Assembly (NCBI RefSeq): GCF_000009045.1
Contig: NC_000964.3
Coordinates: 2,310,001 to 2,342,000, forward strand
Length of the DNA: 32,000 nt
Direction: 5' to 3'
Origin: Bacillus subtilis subsp. subtilis str. 168
GTDB lineage: Bacteria > Bacillota > Bacilli > Bacillales > Bacillaceae
Below the pieces are notes generated by a model. It was not told the origin of the DNA. It worked only from the letters and a program-made list of their open reading frames with translations, and did not search any database. Positions 1 to 10,354 of the stretch are shown here, one piece after another; the first letter of the stretch is position 1, and the number at the start of each line of letters is the position of its first letter. The translations under genes were made by a program, and so were the position numbers.

Positions 1-419
1 CAACGCTCCTGACGCTGACATTTGTCATGCAGGGCGTGCTGCTTTTCGAACCGGCTTCCAGCGACATATCACAAACAGCGCTGGAAACGATCTTCGGATT
101 CCTTCCGCGAGTTGCGTTAGGAAGTCTGCTTGCCTTTATCTTCAGCCAAACGCTGGATGTTTATGTATATTCGGCAATTAGAAGGATATTTCCTTCTGAT
201 CGGCTTTTATGGCTCAGAAACGGCGGCAGTACAGCAGTCAGCCAGTTGTTTGATACATTCATATTCACTGCAGTCGCCTTTCTCGGCATTTATCCGGCAG
301 ACGTGTGGCTTCATATTTTTATTTCTACATATTTGATTAAGTTTGCGGTATCTTTAATTTCATTGCCTTATGCCTATGCAGCCAAAAAAATGATACCTAA
401 TGATGAAAGGAGTTCATAA
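1..419 (+). CDS. ypdP: YpdP-like integral membrane protein, COG1738/VUT family (putative queuosine precursor transporter), 5' truncated by the window edge
   Basis: Frame is open from base 3 to the stop at 417-419. Several hydrophobic helices; C-terminus ..[17 protein letters not shown]. Synteny with ypdQ. Confidence 0.8.
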
Positions 420-817
420 TGCCTACAGAAATATATGTAGACGGCGCAAGCGCCGGTAATCCAGGGCCTTCCGGTATCGGCATTTTTATCAAACATGAGG
501 GAAAAGCAGAATCTTTCTCTATTCCAATCGGAGTGCATACAAACCAGGAAGCGGAATTTCTTGCATTAATTGAAGGGATGAAGCTATGTGCAACGCGCGG
601 GTATCAATCAGTTTCCTTTCGAACCGATTCAGATATTGTGGAACGCGCCACTGAGCTTGAAATGGTTAAAAATATAACGTTTCAACCGTTTGTAGAAGAG
701 ATCATCCGATTAAAAGCGGCATTCCCTCTTTTTTTCATCAAATGGATACCGGGCAAGCAAAACCAAAAAGCCGATCTTCTGGCAAAAGAAGCGATTCGGC
801 TGAATGAAAAGAATTAA
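419..817 (+). CDS. ypdQ: RNase HI-like protein YpdQ
   Basis: 132 aa ORF with [14 protein letters not shown], an E in [18 protein letters not shown], and [11 protein letters not shown], the RNase H fold signature residues. ATG overlaps the ypdP stop. Confidence 0.9.
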
Positions 818-858
818 ATCTTGATCATTGGTTCATCCTAATGGCGAGGTGAACTAAC

Positions 859-987
859 ATGAAAAAGAAAGATAAAGGCCGGCTGACCGGCGGTGTTACT
901 CCGCAAGGCGACCTGGAAGGCAATACACATAATGACCCTAAAACAGAGCTTGAGGAGAGAGCAAAAAAAAGCAATACAAAACGCTAG
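859..987 (+). CDS. sspL: Small acid-soluble spore protein L
   Basis: Translated by hand: MKKKDKGRLTGGVTPQGDLEGNTHNDPKTELEERAKKSNTKR (42 aa). RBS-like gaggtg upstream. Confidence 0.9.
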   Translation: MKKKDKGRLTGGVTPQGDLEGNTHNDPKTELEERAKKSNTKR

Positions 988-1015
988 AGAGGATCTAAAC
1001 GATCTCTCTAGCGTT
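980..1015 (-). terminator. Hairpin spanning the sspL and ypcP stop codons, probable ypcP terminator
   Basis: 14-bp stem with one bulged base (981-995 / 1001-1014), loop taaac. On the minus strand it is followed by TTTTG. Confidence 0.6.
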
Positions 1016-1885
1016 CAGCTTTTCAAGCATACGCTCAATTCCTTTAATTTGGTGGCGGCGAAGCATGTCAGCCGCCTGCTCCATTTGCAAAGTAAATAAA
1101 GCGTCTTTCAGTGTGCAGGCCAGCGGCACTGAGCAATGGATTTCCGCAAGCTTCCTCGACATCTCCAAATCGCTTAAACCTTGCTGAATTTTTCCCTGCT
1201 GTCCTTTTGGAAGAAGAGAAAGATTTTCCAATAAACGGTCAATCGTTTCGTATTCACGAATCAGTTTGTAGGCTGTTTTTTCTCCAATGCCTTTGACTCC
1301 GGGATAGTTATCACTGGAATCACCCATAAGCGCTTTAATATCAATCAAAGCCTTCGGCATTACGCCTGTTTCTTCATAAAAAGTCTCTTTTGTATAGACT
1401 TTATAATTTCCGATTCCTTTTTGAAGCAAAGCAACGCTTACTTTATCCGTTAACAGCTGAAGTAAATCTCTGTCCCCTGTTACCACCGTAATGTCCGCTT
1501 CATTCGCAAATAAATCGGCAAGAGTACCGATACAGTCATCCGCTTCATAGCCGGCAAAGCCAATATTCATGATTCCAAGCTCTGCGGCTGCTTCCTTTGC
1601 CAAATCAAACTGCGGAATCAGCTCCACAGGCGGCGCGCTGCGGTTGGCCTTATAATCTTGGAACAAGTCATTTCGGTACGTTTTGCTCCCCATGTCCCAG
1701 CAGCAGACGACGTGTGTCGGCTGGAATGTTTCCACAGCTGTAATCAAATGCTTTAAAAAGCCGTTGACGCCGTTCGTCGGCACCCCGCTGTCATTTATCA
1801 TAAAGTTGCGATGTACGGCCGTGGCAAAAAAGGCCCGGAATAAAAGAGCCATGCCGTCAACCAGCAATAGTTTATTATTATTCAT
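995..1885 (-). CDS. ypcP: 5'-3' exonuclease (PolI N-terminal-type FEN/XPG nuclease)
   Basis: LLLVDGMALLFRAFFA, GYEADDCIGTLA, TGDRDLLQL, GDSSDNYPGVKGIGEKTA motifs. About 296 aa. Confidence 0.95.
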   Translation of the reverse strand: MNNNKLLLVDGMALLFRAFFATAVHRNFMINDSGVPTNGVNGFLKHLITAVETFQPTHVVCCWDMGSKTYRNDLFQDYKANRSAPPVELIPQFDLAKEAAAELGIMNIGFAGYEADDCIGTLADLFANEADITVVTGDRDLLQLLTDKVSVALLQKGIGNYKVYTKETFYEETGVMPKALIDIKALMGDSSDNYPGVKGIGEKTAYKLIREYETIDRLLENLSLLPKGQQGKIQQGLSDLEMSRKLAEIHCSVPLACTLKDALFTLQMEQAADMLRRHQIKGIERMLEKLNAREIV

Positions 1886-1944
1886 CAAATAACTCCCTTT
1901 TCTTTCATTCCTTCTATTTTATCATAAAGCAGCCCAAAAATAAA

Positions 1945-1977
1945 AAACAGTATCTCTTTAATTAGAGATACTGTTTG
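1945..1977 (-). terminator. Intrinsic terminator downstream of the 48-aa ORF
   Basis: 13-bp perfect stem aaacagtatctct/agagatactgttt. On the minus strand it runs into TTTTTTAT. Confidence 0.85.
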
Positions 1978-1985
1978 AATATTTA

Positions 1986-2132
1986 TCAATCGTTGTGTCT
2001 TTTGTTGCTGGCGATCAGCTTTTCAGCTTCGCGTCCTGCGTAAGAGTCAAAATGGGTTTGAAATCCGTTTTTCTTTTTGGCGTTGTTATTCGCCTGTGCA
2101 TTTCTGTTTCCGAGCTTTGTTCTGCCCAACAT
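1986..2132 (-). CDS. Small conserved Bacillus protein of unknown function, 48 aa
   Basis: MLGRTKLGNRNAQANNNAKKKNGFQTHFDSYAGREAEKLIASNKRHND, preceded by an RBS-like aagggggga. The track ORF is extended upstream. Confidence 0.7.
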   Translation of the reverse strand: MLGRTKLGNRNAQANNNAKKKNGFQTHFDSYAGREAEKLIASNKRHND

Positions 2133-2206
2133 GAATCCCCCCTTACGTCGGATGCATATAGTATATGCTTCCGGCAGGAGGTTCACTCGCGACAGGATCA
2201 TCCAGC

Positions 2207-2464
2207 TTACATGCGGCTTACGTATTCTCTGACCATTTCTTTTGATACAAGCCGTCTTGTCGGGACGATGCCTTTTTTAGCGAGCTGATTCATTTGCTCG
2301 GTAATTTCATTAATTGCATCTGTAGTATAAGGCTCATCGTTTCTGCATTTAGCAACAGCTTCTTCAATCGCCAATTCACGCATATTTTCAAGACGCATAA
2401 ATGCTTTGATATGCTCGTGCTGTTTTGATGAATGTGCTGAAATTGCTTTATGTACCTCTGACAT
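2207..2464 (-). CDS. ypbS: Conserved hypothetical protein YpbS
   Basis: ORF track frame. Internal start MSEVHKAISAHSS preferred. Synteny with ypcP and dynA. Confidence 0.7.
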   Translation of the reverse strand: MSEVHKAISAHSSKQHEHIKAFMRLENMRELAIEEAVAKCRNDEPYTTDAINEITEQMNQLAKKGIVPTRRLVSKEMVREYVSRM

Positions 2465-2528
2465 TAATCGTTCATCTCGCTTTTTTCTATTTAGTCTATC
2501 ATGACTTGAAATACAAGCCAACTGAATT

Positions 2529-5500
2529 TTACATTTTTATTGTATTGTCTGAATTTTTCCAGGAGATGCACGCCTGATACGCCATTTCAATCTCTTTCGC
2601 ATGTTCCCCTTCCGCATATCCTCTTAAATATGTCTCTTTTTGATCCGTTATTTGCGCGATTGCTTTTTCACCCATATCTTCCTGTAAGCGTCTGAGGTGA
2701 GCAGTGTAATGAGATATCAGGCTTTCTTCTTCATTTTTTATCCATGCCTCTGTGATTTTCGTAAGTTTCATCCGTACAGCTTCGATAAAGGTCGCTTTTC
2801 CTTTCTGCTCAAAAAACTGCTTCGGTGATTTGATCTCTTTTAGTTCCTGCTCAAAAGCACGTTCTTCTATTTCCGGTTCAACTTCCTTCAACTGTATGCC
2901 GTTCGAATGCTGATCACCCGCATAAACGGAAAAATAACCGTCCTCGTTTAATGTTTTTTGAAAATGATCCAGCCATTCTTCATTGATATGCCGTTCGATG
3001 AAACCGCTCATGCGAACATCAAGCGTTTTGATTTCCTGAATATATTCAAATAGATATTCATGTAAGGCTGTTGTCATCGCTTTACTGACGTTCTTTTTCC
3101 AATCCCCGTTTTGCAGCCCGGGATGAAATGCCGATTTTAATAAATCATTTGCAAAATATGATAATCGCTGTGCAATGTGATATAGCTGCTCTCTTGTATC
3201 TTTTTTTACTTTTTCAATGATGGTTTTTGAGTTCCGCCGTTTCTCGATATCGGCCGCTGTCCGCTCAAATGACAGCATAAGGCACTGTTTCTGCGCTTCC
3301 TTCTCTTCTCGGGACTGATGCTGGGATTGGTGAAGCTGAAAAACAGTTTCGCATAGTTTGTCTGCCTCCGAACTGAGCTGCGCTGCTGACGCTTTTTTTA
3401 CATCCACTTCGATAAACCGGTCTAAGTGTTTTCTTACTTTCGAGAACTGATTATAAAATGACTCCGGTTTTCCCACCAGTTCCTCCTTACTTGATACGGT
3501 AAAGAGCTGCGGCTCATAAACCCCTTCTTTTACAAGCTCTGCGCTGACATAATCGGTCACTGTTTCGAGCTCTGTTTTATCTTTTGCAAGGTCTGCAGCA
3601 TTAATAATAAAAAACATTTTATCCATGCTGAGCGATTCTTTCACAAGTCCAAGCTTTCGCAAAAATGAACGGTCTCCTTTTGAAAAAGAGTGCTGATAAT
3701 AAGTCATATAAAAAAATGCATCAGCATCTTTGATATATTGGAATGCCAGTTCTGTATGCCGTTTATTCATGCTGCTCGCGCCGGGTGTATCAACGATCGT
3801 AATCCCTTTTTCAGTGAGCGGGCATGTATAGTAGACCGTTACCTCTTTCACAGCACAGGCCGTTGTTTCCTCTGCTACATACGGCTTTAATTCAGAGAGC
3901 GGAATCGTTAATTTCTTCTGTTCCTGTATATACTGCTGATACTTCTCGTATGCAAGCAGGAAATTGCTGATCAATTTCACGTGTTCTTCCTGCAGCCTGT
4001 TTTTTTTGACTGCCTTTTCCCACTTCTCTGTGAAGGAACGGCCTGCCGGCTCCTTTGGTATTCCGGTGAGCTGCAAAATTTCAGCCGTTAAGTCATCCTC
4101 TGTCTTAAACACTACATTCGCTGTTTTGTTTAAGTTGCCATTGATTGGCTTTGTGATCTTGTTAATTGTCGCTGTGGTTGGCGTTGGTGAGGATGGCAGC
4201 ACTCTTTCGCCGACAAGCGCATTGGCAAATGATGATTTCCCCGAGCTAAAGCCTCCAAAAAGAGCGAGTGTAAATTTCCGTTCCTCAAGCCTTTTCACCC
4301 TTTCACGAAACGCTGAAGTTTGCTTTAACAACATGCTGCATTCGCCTAAAATGTCAGACAAAGTGTAAAAGCGTTTGATTTGGTCTTGAAGCGGCATTTC
4401 TTGTTCCATTTTGATTTCTGATTTCGGCATCGGCTGCGCCGTCAGCTGGCTTCGGCCTTGTTTCTGCTCTGGAGCCGCCACTCTTGTTTTCTTCGATTTA
4501 AACCATTCTGTGTCTATATGCATTGGGCATGCGGACTCTTCTTCCCAAATGGCCCACAGGCGATCGGTTTTCTCTCGGGCATTATTCTCTAAACGTGCCT
4601 GTTCTTGAAGAAAGACAAGTTTTTCTGATTCTTGGACGAGCCGGTCGTTAATTGTTTGCACATCTTTGGAAACACGCTCTTTCACCATAGCGGAGAGCAC
4701 CTTTATGATGTCTGCGGCTTCTCTTTTCGCCTCTTTCCGGATGAGCTCTGCCAAGTCTTTTGTATATTGCAATACATATTCAGAGGAAAAGGCTGCACCA
4801 TGCTTGACCGCGTGTTCAATGATGCTTATATCAAGCGGTGTGCGATAGGCCTGAATCAGCTTTTCACTTTCAGCGGTATAGACATCAAATACCTTGGCGA
4901 GTTTATGAAGCGTGTCTATCATATGCCAATCCGCTTCGGCCTCTGTTCGTTTTGCCACATCAGAGAAAAAAGCATTCCGCCTTTTATCTCTTTCCTGTGC
5001 AGTTTTCGCTTTAGAAAAGAAAAAGCCGGTTTTAAAGGAAGGCTCTTGTGATTCTAAAAATGCAGCCGCCAATTCACGCATTTCAAAAGGCGTCAGGTTG
5101 GCGTTTTTTAAAATACGATTGATTTCTTCCTGCATCCTCTTCTCTGCCTCAGTCATTTGTTTTTCGGCCTCATCCAATTGATCACGCAGCGATTGGACCA
5201 GTCCAGTATGGATATTAAGCTGTTCAGCGAAACTCGGAGCGCCTGTTTCGTCTTTCTTCAGCATTTCCGTATGTTCCTTTAGCAGATTACGGACTTTTTG
5301 TTCGGTTAAAGCCTGCATATTGCTTTTTGATTGCTGTTCTATTCTGCTTAACTCTTCTCTCAGGGCCCCCATCTGATTGAACGGGTGATCCGGTTCTGTT
5401 ACTGATGTAAAATAGAGCGCTTCCCTTGAAATCCCTTCATTGCAAAGCATCTCCTCTACCTGCGCTTGATAGTCTCCAAATTTCGTCTCCGTCTCATCAT

Positions 5501-6110
5501 GGCGGTCAATTTGATTGACGATAAAATACACATTCGGAATGCTTTCTTTTATTGATCTGAGAAACTTTACATTTTCCTCAGCGTGCACGTGATTATAGTG
5601 AACGACGTAAAACAGCGCATCCGCTTGGTGAAGAATAGAAGCAGCCGATAGAAAATGCGCATCATCTGTTGAATCTATCCCTGGAGTATCAATATACGCA
5701 ACCCCGGAATCGATCTCAGTATACCTGTCAAAAATTTCGACGCTTTCAATCTGTTCCCCGTCTTTACAATATTGCTGCACCTTGTCTTTCTGGTAAGTCC
5801 CTTCCAGCTCAGCACACGCTCCGTCTGTTGTATGAAGCCGAACTCGCTTTTCCCCGTTTCTGATCACAACAAGGTTAGCGCTTGTCGGAATCGGGCTTGT
5901 CGGCAAAATATTCTCCATTAACAGGCAGTTCAGCAGTGACGATTTCCCCGCTGAATAATGCCCGGTAAACGCGATATAAACCTCTTCATCAGCCGCTTTT
6001 TTCATGACCGCAGCCAGTTTAGCAGCCCTTTGTTCATCTTGATTCTCAATAAATTGCTTATAAAGTTCCCCGGTTTTATGCAAAAGCTCTTTTCTGTTTT
6101 GATCTGTCAT
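2529..6110 (-). CDS. dynA: Dynamin-like GTPase DynA with two fused dynamin modules
   Basis: 1193 aa. Two P-loops (GHYSAGKSSLLN and GGFSSGKSSFANAL), two G3 motifs (DTPGIDS and DTPGASS), and long helical segments. Confidence 0.97.
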   Translation of the reverse strand: MTDQNRKELLHKTGELYKQFIENQDEQRAAKLAAVMKKAADEEVYIAFTGHYSAGKSSLLNCLLMENILPTSPIPTSANLVVIRNGEKRVRLHTTDGACAELEGTYQKDKVQQYCKDGEQIESVEIFDRYTEIDSGVAYIDTPGIDSTDDAHFLSAASILHQADALFYVVHYNHVHAEENVKFLRSIKESIPNVYFIVNQIDRHDETETKFGDYQAQVEEMLCNEGISREALYFTSVTEPDHPFNQMGALREELSRIEQQSKSNMQALTEQKVRNLLKEHTEMLKKDETGAPSFAEQLNIHTGLVQSLRDQLDEAEKQMTEAEKRMQEEINRILKNANLTPFEMRELAAAFLESQEPSFKTGFFFSKAKTAQERDKRRNAFFSDVAKRTEAEADWHMIDTLHKLAKVFDVYTAESEKLIQAYRTPLDISIIEHAVKHGAAFSSEYVLQYTKDLAELIRKEAKREAADIIKVLSAMVKERVSKDVQTINDRLVQESEKLVFLQEQARLENNAREKTDRLWAIWEEESACPMHIDTEWFKSKKTRVAAPEQKQGRSQLTAQPMPKSEIKMEQEMPLQDQIKRFYTLSDILGECSMLLKQTSAFRERVKRLEERKFTLALFGGFSSGKSSFANALVGERVLPSSPTPTTATINKITKPINGNLNKTANVVFKTEDDLTAEILQLTGIPKEPAGRSFTEKWEKAVKKNRLQEEHVKLISNFLLAYEKYQQYIQEQKKLTIPLSELKPYVAEETTACAVKEVTVYYTCPLTEKGITIVDTPGASSMNKRHTELAFQYIKDADAFFYMTYYQHSFSKGDRSFLRKLGLVKESLSMDKMFFIINAADLAKDKTELETVTDYVSAELVKEGVYEPQLFTVSSKEELVGKPESFYNQFSKVRKHLDRFIEVDVKKASAAQLSSEADKLCETVFQLHQSQHQSREEKEAQKQCLMLSFERTAADIEKRRNSKTIIEKVKKDTREQLYHIAQRLSYFANDLLKSAFHPGLQNGDWKKNVSKAMTTALHEYLFEYIQEIKTLDVRMSGFIERHINEEWLDHFQKTLNEDGYFSVYAGDQHSNGIQLKEVEPEIEERAFEQELKEIKSPKQFFEQKGKATFIEAVRMKLTKITEAWIKNEEESLISHYTAHLRRLQEDMGEKAIAQITDQKETYLRGYAEGEHAKEIEMAYQACISWKNSDNTIKM

Positions 6111-6225
6111 AAGTCTGAACCCCTTTGTGCCGTTTCAATTGTGAACCTTTTTCGAAAGATCTGAATTCATTCCCTTTTCATTTTACACAAGAATAAACCA
6201 AATTTCTTTAGGAGAATAGAAAAAA

Positions 6226-6242
6226 GCCGCCATTACGGCAGC
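6226..6242 (-). terminator. Terminator hairpin of the small Fur-controlled ORF
   Basis: gctgcc/ggcggc stem (one G-U) followed by TTTTTTC on the minus strand. Confidence 0.75.
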
Positions 6243-6285
6243 TTCTATAAAAGAAAATCTGCAACTTTTACAAGTTCCAGATTCA

Positions 6286-6375
6286 TCAAACAGATTTATT
6301 AGAGATTCCTTTTAATACAAAACCAATTAATACACTATATGTACAAACCGCTCCAAGCAAAAACAGCATTGTCAT
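6286..6375 (-). CDS. fbpC: Fur-regulated small basic hydrophobic protein, FbpC-like, 29 aa
   Basis: Hand translation: MTMLFLLGAVCTYSVLIGFVLKGISNKSV. RBS-like AGGATGGTG, Fur-box promoter upstream and terminator downstream. Length and position fit FbpC. Confidence 0.75.
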   Translation of the reverse strand: MTMLFLLGAVCTYSVLIGFVLKGISNKSV

Positions 6376-6392
6376 TTGCTTCACCATCCTGA

Positions 6393-6443
6393 TTGAGAAT
6401 CTTTTTCAAACCCATTTTAACATGGTTGAGAATGATTTTCAAT
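6393..6443 (-). promoter_or_regulatory. SigA-type promoter with two Fur-like boxes
   Basis: Box A ttgagaatgattttcaat (6426-6443) covers -35 TTGAAA. Spacer is 17 bp. -10 is TAAAAT (rc at 6414-6419). Box B ttgagaatctttttcaa (6393-6409) lies over the expected TSS. Confidence 0.75.
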
Positions 6444-6445
6444 CG

Positions 6446-6952
6446 CTATTTTACGCTGTATTCCTGTAATGCTTTGTCTTCTGCGCGAATTCTGACGCTT
6501 AACAACACGGCATTGAAAATGGAAAACAGACACATGGTGACGTATGCTTGATAAAGCAGCGGAATCAGCAAAATTTCGAGGATAACAACGGCATAGTTTG
6601 GATGTTTCATCCATTTATATGGACCTTTTTTTACAAGCTCTACACCTGGAACAACAAGGATTTTCGTATTCCAATATGCTCCTAAGGAACAAAGCGCCCA
6701 ATACCGTACGATCTGTACGCTTAAAATCACTGCAGCGATACCGAGCCACCAGCTGGACGGCTGTTTATTCATCAGCAGCACCTCGGCAATTAAGGACAGG
6801 AAAAAAAGGATATGCATCGTAATGATATACGGATAGTGGCTCTCGCCAAATTCAATTGCTCCTTGCTTCTTTACCTTTTGTTCGTTTTGCCTGGCCACTG
6901 CCATTTCTGCTGCTCTTTGAACAATGAGAATGGCGATCAACAACCAAAACAT
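6446..6952 (-). CDS. bpsB: Isoprenylcysteine carboxyl methyltransferase-like membrane protein (alkylpyrone O-methyltransferase BpsB/YpbQ)
   Basis: 168 aa with C-terminal GPYKWMKHPNYAVVILEI, typical of ICMT-like proteins. Abuts the type III PKS gene. Confidence 0.9.
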   Translation of the reverse strand: MFWLLIAILIVQRAAEMAVARQNEQKVKKQGAIEFGESHYPYIITMHILFFLSLIAEVLLMNKQPSSWWLGIAAVILSVQIVRYWALCSLGAYWNTKILVVPGVELVKKGPYKWMKHPNYAVVILEILLIPLLYQAYVTMCLFSIFNAVLLSVRIRAEDKALQEYSVK

Positions 6953-6955
6953 GAG

Positions 6956-8053
6956 TCAGGCCCCCTTTTCCCAGCTGAATAATAGCAACTCTGATGAGAA
7001 ACCCGGCCCTAATGCGCCAATCAGTCCTCGTTCAGCTTCCTTTTTATGTCCGTTCTGCAGATGGTCTTTGATCACATACAAGATTGTGGCTGAAGACATA
7101 TTTCCGTGCTTTTGCAAAATGCTTTGCGCAGATGAAAGCTTTTCTGACGACAGCCCGAGACTTTTGATGTATGCATCGATCACTTTTTTTCCGCCTGGAT
7201 GCGCCAAAAAAACACTGATATCATGGAATGACAGCTTATGTTTGTCCAAAAAAATCTGTACATTTGTTTTGAGCCATTTTTCCACCAAGGTCGGAATGTC
7301 TCGTGAGAAAATGACTTTGAATCCTTGATCGGTAAAGTCCCAGCCCATGACATCTTCTGATTGTTTCATCAAAACAGATTGGGCGTCCATTATCTTCGGC
7401 GCAAGCTTCAGCTTTGACACCCTGCGGTCCGCCTTCTCTCCGCATAATAAAGCTGCGGCAATGCCGTCACCAAAAAGCGAGGTGCCGATCAGATTGCTTT
7501 TTGTTTTATCTTCCGGCTGGAATGTCAGGCTGCACAGCTCGGCAGAAATGACAAGCACAAAAGCCTCAGGATACGCTTTGCAGTATTCGGCTGCACGCGC
7601 AAGTCCGCTGGCTCCTCCTGCACAGCCAAGCCCCCAAATCGGAATCCGCTTCGTATATGGAGAAAACGGAAGTTCATTCATAAGCCGCGCCTCGATACTC
7701 GGTGTGGAAAGACCTGTACTGGAGACGAAAAAAACAGCTTCCACTTTCTCATAAGGAATGGCTTCTTGAAAAAATTCCGGATGAGAGAGGCACTCACGAA
7801 CAGCCGCTCTGCTGTGTTTAAGTGTTTCTTCTATGTATATTTGATTTTTTTCTTCAAAGCTGTGCCCCTCTTTATACCATTCAATCGGCTTAACAAACTG
7901 TCTCGAATGGATTTGCCCGTTTTTAAAGGAGGATAACAGCCTGTCAATATCCTTAAAAGAATGCTGAAACATATAGCGGGCGAACTCGGCCGCTTTCTCT
8001 TGGTTTACATTATACGCAGGAAGACTTGTTCCAATGGATAAAATAAACGCCAT
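6956..8053 (-). CDS. bpsA: Type III polyketide synthase (chalcone synthase family) BpsA/BcsA
   Basis: 365 aa from MAFILSIGTSLPAYN. Catalytic region GCAGGASGLARAAEY, VFLAHPGGKKV, and C-terminal GALGPGFSSELLLFSW. Confidence 0.93.
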   Translation of the reverse strand: MAFILSIGTSLPAYNVNQEKAAEFARYMFQHSFKDIDRLLSSFKNGQIHSRQFVKPIEWYKEGHSFEEKNQIYIEETLKHSRAAVRECLSHPEFFQEAIPYEKVEAVFFVSSTGLSTPSIEARLMNELPFSPYTKRIPIWGLGCAGGASGLARAAEYCKAYPEAFVLVISAELCSLTFQPEDKTKSNLIGTSLFGDGIAAALLCGEKADRRVSKLKLAPKIMDAQSVLMKQSEDVMGWDFTDQGFKVIFSRDIPTLVEKWLKTNVQIFLDKHKLSFHDISVFLAHPGGKKVIDAYIKSLGLSSEKLSSAQSILQKHGNMSSATILYVIKDHLQNGHKKEAERGLIGALGPGFSSELLLFSWEKGA

Positions 8054-8103
8054 GCGATCACCTCTTTGCATACATTGTGCCGCAACAATCTTTTTTATAT
8101 GCA

Positions 8104-8126
8104 AAAAAAACTCCGCCGCGGCGGAG
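8104..8126 (-). terminator. pbuX terminator
   Basis: Perfect GC palindrome ctccgccgcggcggag (8111-8126) immediately after the pbuX stop, then TTTTTTTT on the minus strand. Confidence 0.9.
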
Positions 8127-10089
<1,963 letters not shown>

Positions 10090-10127
10090 GATATCACAAA
10101 AAACCGTACACGTGCGGTTCCATTGCT

Positions 10128-10196
10128 CACCCATAGTCGGACATTTACGGTGCCCGGTAGAAACTTGCGTGCCATATCCACGCGATTATATGAGTG
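10128..10196 (-). ncRNA. Guanine-type purine riboswitch aptamer (xpt leader)
   Basis: Minus strand CACTCATATAATCGCGTGGATATGGCACGCAAGTTTCTACCGGGCACCGTAAATGTCCGACTATGGGTG, the canonical xpt G-box aptamer. Confidence 0.98.
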
Positions 10197-10258
10197 TTCC
10201 TATTATATTGTAATAAATTATATCAAGATTCTAATCTCTTGCATAGGCTGAAAATAAA

Positions 10259-10272
10259 AATTCCCGAACTTT
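10259..10272. promoter_or_regulatory. Possible PurR box (half-element)
   Basis: aattcccgaacttt resembles AWWWCCGAACWWT with about one mismatch. No clear inverted partner seen. Confidence 0.35.
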
Positions 10273-10354
10273 AATTTTGTTTTTTTAGATATCATTCGTA
10301 TTTCAAGGGGATTCGATATAAAAGAGTCTGACGACCGCGCCGCCAGGCTTTTGA

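Noticed and set aside
3690-5863. Numerous plus-strand ORFs of 60-139 aa antisense to dynA
   Set aside because: Random-looking antisense frames of a long, clearly coding gene. No RBS or recognisable domains.
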